Shown here piece by piece: positions 17,230 through 23,127 of a DNA stretch of 30,870 nucleotides; position 1 is the stretch's first letter; every line of letters starts with the position of its first letter. This DNA comes from an uncultured Thermoleophilia bacterium (GTDB lineage Bacteria > Actinomycetota > Thermoleophilia > UBA2241). The position numbers and the translations under genes are program-made. Under the pieces are notes generated by a model, which did no database searches, was not told the DNA's origin, and saw nothing but the letters and a program-made list of their open reading frames with translations. The stretch covers positions 1-30,870 of the forward strand of contig CAIWHY010000083.1 of the NCBI GenBank assembly GCA_903912585.1, written 5' to 3'.

Positions 17230-17474
17230 TGGGAATGACCTGCACCGGGCGGGACGGGATCGGCTTCAGGCCGCCGGGAGCGGAATCCGGCCGATCGGAG
17301 AGTGACGTCCAGACGAGCTCGCCCGGAGCGCCGGATGCGGCGCGCCCACTGGACGCGCTGGTCGAGGAGGCGCGCAGGGAGCGCAGCGCCTGAGCGCGTG
17401 CCACGCGCAGACGAGCGCGACCAAGGCTCGCGGCGACGCCGCACGACCCTTCGTCCCAGGCTGCGCCCGTCGGC

Positions 17475-18878
17475 TCAGCTCAGGCAGTAGCGGTCGAGTT
17501 GACGACGCGTGAGCGCGTCAAGGTCGTCGGGCGGCTCGTGGGCCGAGAGCAGTTCGGCGACGCGCCGGGTGGTGGCGGAGGCGGCGTCCTCGCCGCCCGC
17601 CGCGGCCCAGCGCTCGAAGGGCTCGATAGCGCGGGGCCCCACGCGCTCGAAGTCCCGCGCGTGCCGCCGCGTGTGCGCCTGACCGAGATAGCCGCCCCCG
17701 GGTCCGACGGCGTCGATCGCTTCTTCGGCGCGCTCGTCGTCGCTCGCAGGCACGTCCTGCAGGGCGGCGCGCAGTCCCGCGACGGTGTCGGCGTCGAGCA
17801 CGTACTTCTCGAGCGAGAGGGCGTTGAACGAGCTCAGCATGCCGACGGCCTGAAAGAGGAAGTGGCTCCCCGAGAACGCGGCTGCTGCGAGGCCCACCGC
17901 GGATTCCGACAGCGCCCGGGCGTCGACGACATGGGCGTCGGTGACGGCCCCGCCCGCGCGCACCGGCAAGCTGCAGTGACGGGCCAGTCCGGCGGTCGCA
18001 CGCGCCAGCCGGGCGAACTCCGGCGTGCCAAAGAGCGCCGCCCCGGTGCGTAGCGAGGCCATCGCAGAGACGCCGCCGTACACGAAGGGGCTGCCCTCGC
18101 GGGCCGCTTGCGCAAGCACGAGCGCGGCGAGCACCTCCGCGTGCTGCACCGTGAGGACGCCGGCAAGCGTTGCCGGCCCGGTCGTGCCGCCCATGACGCA
18201 GGCGGTCACACACGCAGGCTGGCCCAGCCGAGCCCAGCGCACGAGGATGCGAGCGTTCTCCGCAGAGAGCTGCAGCGGGGACGTCGTGTTGAGGACGATC
18301 AGGGCGCGCGGCCGGTCGTGCCAGGCCGCGCCGAACAGGATCTCGTTGATCCGCTCGGCGGCGACGATATCCTCGTCGGCCGAGGCGACCCACTCGATGG
18401 CCTTGTCGCTCAGCGTCAGGCGTGCGTGGGTGCCGTGCCGCGTCCGCGCCTCCTCGGGGAGGTCGAGCGGCTCCATGCAGTCGCTGTTGAAGTCGATCGC
18501 CGGCAGGAGGTGGCCGAGCTTGGCCGTGGCGGCCAGATCGGCCAGAGTGCCCGGGCGCATCGTGCGTCCTTCGATCATGTAGGCGGCGCCTGAGCCCGAA
18601 CCGACAACGCGGCCATCGGCGCCACCGAGCGGCAGATCCAGCTCGGGCCGGCGGCCGGCGAGCACGAACGAACGGACCACGGTGGACAGCGCCGCCTGCA
18701 CCGCGCCGGCATCCAGATACACGCGGCGGCCGTCGCAGCGCGCTCCGCGCGAGCGGAGCAGGGCGACGGCCTCGTCGTCGTGGATGAGCACGCCGGTCCG
18801 CTCGAGCACCCGCAGCGCGCTCTCGTGGACGGCGGCGATCGAGGCCACCTCGGGAAGCTCCGCGCCGCCTGCGCCCAT
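17475..18878 (-). CDS. MttB-family methyltransferase, non-pyrrolysine, copy B (divergent from A and C)
   Basis: ALRVLERTGV, NTTSPL, GGTTGPATLAG, HAEVLA, GSPFVYGG, GTPE, RAGGAVTDAHVVDA, SLEKYVLD, GPGGGYL. ATG 18878 lies 2 bp after the copy C stop. Confidence 0.88.
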   Translation of the reverse strand: MGAGGAELPEVASIAAVHESALRVLERTGVLIHDDEAVALLRSRGARCDGRRVYLDAGAVQAALSTVVRSFVLAGRRPELDLPLGGADGRVVGSGSGAAYMIEGRTMRPGTLADLAATAKLGHLLPAIDFNSDCMEPLDLPEEARTRHGTHARLTLSDKAIEWVASADEDIVAAERINEILFGAAWHDRPRALIVLNTTSPLQLSAENARILVRWARLGQPACVTACVMGGTTGPATLAGVLTVQHAEVLAALVLAQAAREGSPFVYGGVSAMASLRTGAALFGTPEFARLARATAGLARHCSLPVRAGGAVTDAHVVDARALSESAVGLAAAAFSGSHFLFQAVGMLSSFNALSLEKYVLDADTVAGLRAALQDVPASDDERAEEAIDAVGPGGGYLGQAHTRRHARDFERVGPRAIEPFERWAAAGGEDAASATTRRVAELLSAHEPPDDLDALTRRQLDRYCLS

Positions 18879-18880
18879 CC

Positions 18881-20335
18881 TCAGCCGCCCGGTGTGAACC
18901 CGGCCACCAGTGCATCGATGCGCACCGTCAGCTCCGCGGGTAGCGGCGCCGGCGCGTGGGTCTCGAGCAGCTGGAGCGCTTTGCGGCGGGCTTTCTCGGT
19001 GAGGTCGAGCGCGCCCTCTTCCCGCCAGCGCGCGTGGCCCTGGCGGTTGATGATCGTCGGACGCCACTGGGCTGTACGCACGTGCCTGGCAGTGTGGCGG
19101 GCCGCGAGGAAGTCGCCGCCGGGGCCGACCTGGCGGATGGTGTCCACGGCCAGGGTCTCGGCGTTCACTTCCACGCCGGCGAAGAGACGGCGATTGAGGG
19201 AGAGGTACTCGTCGACCATGACGATCAGCTCGAGCGACGCCGTGAGGCCGAAGTCGAGGTAGCCGACGTCGTGGTTGAGGTTGGACCCGGTAGCGAGACT
19301 CAGGAAGGTGAGCTCGGCCGCCTCCATGCCCGCCTGGGCGTCGATCACCTGGGCGTCGGTCGTGCCGGCGTATCCCCAGTTGGGCAGGTCGAGCCAGCGC
19401 GCCATCTCGACGGCGCAGACGTAGCCCATGAGGTACTCCGGCGCGTTGTACGCGGACTGCATCGTGCCCATGTCCAGCACCGCCGGGCCGATGCCGAAGA
19501 CGAACGGCGCGCCGGGCCGGCGCAGCTGGTGGATGACGAGCCCGAGCAGCGACTCGGCCGTACCTTGGGCGATGTGCCCGGCCACCGTGATCGGCGCCGT
19601 GCCGCCGGCGAGCGGGGAGGTGGAGTAGACGCAAGGGACGCCGTGGTCGGCGCACAGGAGCAGCTTGTCGACGGCCTCCACGGGGTGACGCAGCGGGCTG
19701 GTCGGCTCGCCGTAGAGGACGAAGTACGGCTTGGCGGCGAGCTCGTCCGCGCCGCCGCGGACCGCGGCGGCGATCTCGATCATCACGGCGAGGTCGCCGG
19801 CGTTCTCGGCGACGACGACCAGTGGCTTCGTCGTGTTGGCGACCATCGCGCGAAAGCTCTCGAGCAAGGCGCGGTGCGGGTCGCCTTCGCCGGGGTGCGC
19901 GTAGGCCATGACGAAGTCGATGTTCGGCAGGGCGTCGCAGAGGCGCGCCGCCTGGACGCCGTCGGCGAGGACGGTCGGCCGGTGCTCGCCGGTCTCGAGG
20001 TCATAGACGGCGGTCACGGCCGAGCCGTTGCCGAAGTAGCTGTTGTAGCCGCCTAGGCTCATCGCCGGCTTGCCGGTGCGGTCGAAGACCTCGATCACGT
20101 GCGGTGCGCTCTCTCGCACCTGCTGCACGATGGCGCGCGGCACCTTGACGAGGTCGGGCTCGGTGACCTCGCAGCCGGCGGCGCGCAGCAACTCGAGAGC
20201 CTCGGGGTGATGGACGCGCATGCCGATGGTGGAGACGATCTCGAGAGCCGCCTCGTAGATGGCGAGCTTGTCGTCGTCGGTGAGATAGGCCAGGCGGCCG
20301 GCGCGAGGCCGATCGCTTGGATCCGTGATAGGCAC
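18881..20335 (-). CDS. MttB-family methyltransferase, non-pyrrolysine, copy C (paralog of copy A)
   Basis: SYFGNGS, NTTKP, EPTSPL, PLAGGTAPITVAG, PGAPFVFG, YAGTTDAQVIDAQAGME, HDVGYLD, GPGGDF; GGGAGG RBS before GTG. Confidence 0.92.
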   Translation of the reverse strand: MPITDPSDRPRAGRLAYLTDDDKLAIYEAALEIVSTIGMRVHHPEALELLRAAGCEVTEPDLVKVPRAIVQQVRESAPHVIEVFDRTGKPAMSLGGYNSYFGNGSAVTAVYDLETGEHRPTVLADGVQAARLCDALPNIDFVMAYAHPGEGDPHRALLESFRAMVANTTKPLVVVAENAGDLAVMIEIAAAVRGGADELAAKPYFVLYGEPTSPLRHPVEAVDKLLLCADHGVPCVYSTSPLAGGTAPITVAGHIAQGTAESLLGLVIHQLRRPGAPFVFGIGPAVLDMGTMQSAYNAPEYLMGYVCAVEMARWLDLPNWGYAGTTDAQVIDAQAGMEAAELTFLSLATGSNLNHDVGYLDFGLTASLELIVMVDEYLSLNRRLFAGVEVNAETLAVDTIRQVGPGGDFLAARHTARHVRTAQWRPTIINRQGHARWREEGALDLTEKARRKALQLLETHAPAPLPAELTVRIDALVAGFTPGG

Positions 20336-20376
20336 GGCTGTCCTCCCGTAGCAGTGGTATGCAGCATGTGCTCTCC

Positions 20377-20405
20377 ACCCTGACGCGCCGTCGCGCGCAC
20401 TTCAA
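20377..20405 (-). promoter_or_regulatory. Candidate promoter of the mttB C-B operon
   Basis: TTGAAG (20405-20400), 17 bp, CAGGGT (20382-20377). Confidence 0.45.
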
Positions 20406-20413
20406 GTGCGCGC
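20393..20413. promoter_or_regulatory. Perfect 10-1-10 inverted repeat overlapping the candidate -35 box
   Basis: GCGCGCACTT-C-AAGTGCGCGC. Confidence 0.5.
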
Positions 20414-20421
20414 CCGGCGCG

Positions 20422-20435
20422 TCCAGAGTACTGAA
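20422..20435. promoter_or_regulatory. Candidate IclR operator C
   Basis: (G)TCCAG-AGTA-CTGAA(C), a near-perfect palindrome 16 bp upstream of TTGAAG on the minus strand. Confidence 0.65.
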
Positions 20436-20445
20436 CTCGTTTTCG

Positions 20446-20474
20446 TTGTGGTGCGCGCAGGCGGCCGCTATGCT
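20446..20474 (+). promoter_or_regulatory. Candidate promoter of the iclR gene
   Basis: TTGTGG (20446-20451), 17 bp, TATGCT (20469-20474). An operator half-site (TATG-CTGGA, within 20464-20477) overlaps the -10. Confidence 0.5.
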
Positions 20475-20497
20475 GGATTTGGATGGAGGTATGTGCA

Positions 20498-21367
20498 GTG
20501 CCGGGCGACCCGAAACAGGACGAGCAGGGAACGACTTGGGGCGCCGCCCACGTGCTCGACGTCCTCGAGTTCCTCGGGCGCCGCACGAGTCCGGCGCCGG
20601 CCAGCATCGTCGCATCCTCCTGCGACATCCCCCGCTCCAGTACCTACGCGCTGCTCAACCTGCTGAAAGCGCGACGGTTCGTCACGTACCGCGCGGAAGA
20701 GCGCGCCTGGTCGCTCGGCTCGGCGGCATTCGAGCTGAGCGCAGACGCCCCGCTCTTCGCTCACGGACTGGCAGTGCTGCGCGCGTTCGCGACGTCCTCT
20801 CGCGGCCTCACCGTCTCGCAGATCGCGAGTGGCGCCGGCATGTCCCGGGTCACCGTGACGCGCATCCTTCCGCATCTCGTCGAGAGCGACCTGCTGCGGG
20901 CCGAGCCCGACGGGACCTACTCGTTGGGCTTGGAGCTCGTGAGCCTGGCTTCGCGGGTGGGCTGGGTAGACCGGCTGCGGATCGCCGCCCGCCCGCACCT
21001 CGTGCGCCTGCGCGACGCGACCAGCGAGACCGCGAACCTGATCATCCTCGACGGCGATCACGCGATCTACGTCGATCAGGTCGAGAGCCCATACGCGCTG
21101 CGACACAGCGGCTGGGTGGGTCGCCGCGTGCCGCTGGCGGGGACGGCGACCGGCACGGCGTTCGGGGATCGCACGACATCACATGTCGCCAAAGACGCGG
21201 TCGAGACAGGAGTCACAGCCATCGTCTGCGCCATCGACCTGCCCGGCGACGAGGCTGCCGTCGGGGTCACGGCGCCGAACTGGAGGATCGAGGAATTCGG
21301 CGTGATGCGCGCGCAGCGTATGGTCGAGGCGGTCGCCCGCGAGATCGCGCAGCGTCTGCACGGGTAG
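20498..21367 (+). CDS. IclR-family transcriptional regulator with two tandem N-terminal winged-HTH domains
   Basis: HTH1 VLDVLEFL...IPRSSTYALLNLLKARRFV...WSLG; HTH2 GLAVLRAF...LTVSQIA...MSRVTVTRILPHLVESDLL...YSLG; effector domain ARPHLVRLRDATSETANL...VGRRVPL...GVTAI. GTG 20498 is 7 nt after GGAGGT. Confidence 0.9.
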   Translation: MPGDPKQDEQGTTWGAAHVLDVLEFLGRRTSPAPASIVASSCDIPRSSTYALLNLLKARRFVTYRAEERAWSLGSAAFELSADAPLFAHGLAVLRAFATSSRGLTVSQIASGAGMSRVTVTRILPHLVESDLLRAEPDGTYSLGLELVSLASRVGWVDRLRIAARPHLVRLRDATSETANLIILDGDHAIYVDQVESPYALRHSGWVGRRVPLAGTATGTAFGDRTTSHVAKDAVETGVTAIVCAIDLPGDEAAVGVTAPNWRIEEFGVMRAQRMVEAVAREIAQRLHG

Positions 21368-21388
21368 CGAGAGGGGGGCGCATTTGCG

Positions 21389-21402
21389 TCCGTAATGCGA
21401 GA
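21389..21402. promoter_or_regulatory. Candidate IclR operator E
   Basis: (G)TCCGT-AATG-CGAGA(C), 16 bp upstream of TTGCAT. Confidence 0.6.
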
Positions 21403-21418
21403 CTCCCGCCTGGCGCCC

Positions 21419-21446
21419 TTGCATAGACGGGGACCACGCCTAGTGT
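21419..21446 (+). promoter_or_regulatory. Candidate promoter of the ammonia-lyase gene
   Basis: TTGCAT (21419-21424), 16 bp, TAGTGT (21441-21446). Confidence 0.5.
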
Positions 21447-21532
21447 CCCGAATGAGAATATGTCGGCGCCGGGCGCGACCCTTTTCGAGCCACCGGGCGC
21501 GTTGCCCTGAAGCCCCGTGAGAAGGAGACACT

Positions 21533-23056
21533 GTGACCATCATCCTGGACGGCGCGTCCCTGACGGCCGAGAGGCTCGTGCGCATCGCGCGCGGCGGCGA
21601 GAAGGTGGAGCTGGACCCGGCGGCCGTGGAGCGCATCCGGGTCTGCAGGGTCATGCTCGAGGACAAGATCAAGAACCGCGAGATCATGTACGGCACCAAC
21701 ACCGGCATCGGCGAGTTCAGCGAGATCGTGCTCGACGACGACCAGGTGCAGCAGTTCCAGCGCTTCCTCGTCTACAACCACGCCGCCGGCATCGGCGCGC
21801 CCGCCCCGATAGAGGTCGTGCGCGGCGCCATGGCGGCCCGCGCCAACGTCCACGCCCACGGCAACTCGGGCAACCGCCCCGAGATCACGCAGACTTTGGT
21901 CGCGCTGCTCAACGAAGGCGTGACCCCGCTGATGAGCTCCAAGGGCTCGGTGGGCGCCTGCGGCGACCTCGCCCCGATGGCCCAGATGGCGCTGTCGATG
22001 ATGGGCGAGGGCGAGTCCTTCTACCGGGGCGAGCGCATGCCCACCCGCGAGGCGATGGAGCGCGCCGGCATCCCGATCCCGGGGCTGGAGGCGCGCGACG
22101 GCTTGGCGACGATCAACGGCTCCAACGTCCTCACGGCGATGAGCGCGCTGCTCTGCTGGGACGCGGACCGCTGGCTGCGCCAGGCCGAGATCGCGGCTTC
22201 CATGAGCCTCGAGGCACTGCTCGCCAACCTCAAGCCGTACAACAGCAAGCTGCACGAGCTGCGCGGCTTCGCAGGCGCGGTGCGCAGCGCCGCGGCCATC
22301 CGCGCCTGCATCGCGGAGAGCGACCTCGCCACCGGCAAGATCAAGACCAAGGTGCAGGACGCCTACTCGATGCGCTCCACGCCGCAGGTGATCGGGGCCG
22401 CGCACGACGCCCTCAAGTGGGCCAGAAGCCAGGTGGAGATCGAGCTCAACGGCGTCGGCGACAACCCGATCTTCGTGCCCGAGGACAAGCTGACGCTGAC
22501 CGGCGCCAACTTCCAGGGCACGCCGGTCAGTCTCCCGATGGAGATGGTCGGCCAAGCCATCACCATGGTCTGCGTGCTCAGCGAGCGCCGGCTCAACCGC
22601 ATGGAGAACACCGCGACGAGCCAGGGCCTGCCCGACTTCCTCACGCCGAACCCGGGCTTCTACAGCGGCCTCATGCTCAGCCAGTACACTGCCGACATGC
22701 TCATCACCGAGCAGCGCATCCTCGCGGCGCCGGCGAGCACGATGAGCATCCCGGCGGCGGCCGATCAGGAGGACTTCGTCTCCATGGGCATGAACACTGC
22801 CCTCAAGAACCGGCAGATCCTCGAGAACGCCTGCGGCGTGCTCGGCATCGAGTTCATGGCCGCGGCGCAGGCGCTCGACTTCCGCGACTTCACGCCCGGC
22901 AAGGGTGTGCGCGCCGCCAAGGCGGTCATCCGCAAGCACGTCGAGCACCTCGACGTCGACCGGCCGCTCTACCCGGACCACAACGCCATGGCCGCGCTCG
23001 TCGAGTCGGGCGAGATCCTGGAGGCGGTCGAGGCCGCCGTCGGGCCGCTGGGCTGA
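21533..23056 (+). CDS. hutH: Histidine ammonia-lyase-like (HAL/PAL/TAL family) enzyme with an Ala-Cys-Gly MIO triad
   Basis: YGTNTG, LVYNHAAG, GSVGACGDLAP, LATINGS, QDAYSMRSTPQV, DNP, GANFQG, QEDFVSMG; AAGGAG RBS before GTG. Confidence 0.88.
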   Translation: MTIILDGASLTAERLVRIARGGEKVELDPAAVERIRVCRVMLEDKIKNREIMYGTNTGIGEFSEIVLDDDQVQQFQRFLVYNHAAGIGAPAPIEVVRGAMAARANVHAHGNSGNRPEITQTLVALLNEGVTPLMSSKGSVGACGDLAPMAQMALSMMGEGESFYRGERMPTREAMERAGIPIPGLEARDGLATINGSNVLTAMSALLCWDADRWLRQAEIAASMSLEALLANLKPYNSKLHELRGFAGAVRSAAAIRACIAESDLATGKIKTKVQDAYSMRSTPQVIGAAHDALKWARSQVEIELNGVGDNPIFVPEDKLTLTGANFQGTPVSLPMEMVGQAITMVCVLSERRLNRMENTATSQGLPDFLTPNPGFYSGLMLSQYTADMLITEQRILAAPASTMSIPAAADQEDFVSMGMNTALKNRQILENACGVLGIEFMAAAQALDFRDFTPGKGVRAAKAVIRKHVEHLDVDRPLYPDHNAMAALVESGEILEAVEAAVGPLG

Positions 23057-23058
23057 CG

Positions 23059-23088
23059 CCTCCCGCGCGGGAGGACCGCAGCGCGGTC
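23059..23088 (+). terminator. Twin hairpins after hutH
   Basis: CCTCCC-GCGC-GGGAGG and GACCGC-AGC-GCGGTC; no U-tract. Confidence 0.35.
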
Positions 23089-23127
23089 GGATAGACTCGC
23101 TCCGGCAGACACGAGAGGCGGGCGGAC

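Noticed and set aside
17235-17393. 52-aa plus-strand ORF in the acnX/mttB gap (MTCTGRDG...LDALVEEARRERSA)
   Set aside because: No properly spaced RBS, opposite to the operon direction, starts right beside operator B, and no recognisable family.
12801-20335. Pyrrolysine or selenocysteine recoding in the MttB or Mo-enzyme genes
   Set aside because: All frames are open with no internal TAG or TGA; Thr/Val occupy the Pyl position and Cys is the metal ligand.
4029-21500. Apparently lower third-position GC in the island than in hutH/pckA (possible horizontal transfer)
   Set aside because: Impression from small hand-counted samples only; needs a computed GC3/codon profile, and no mobility genes or boundary repeats were seen.
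21533-23056. Calling the lyase an ergothionase
   Set aside because: Characterised ergothionase lacks MIO (recalled), whereas this protein keeps an MIO-competent A-C-G triad and the HAL-type His.
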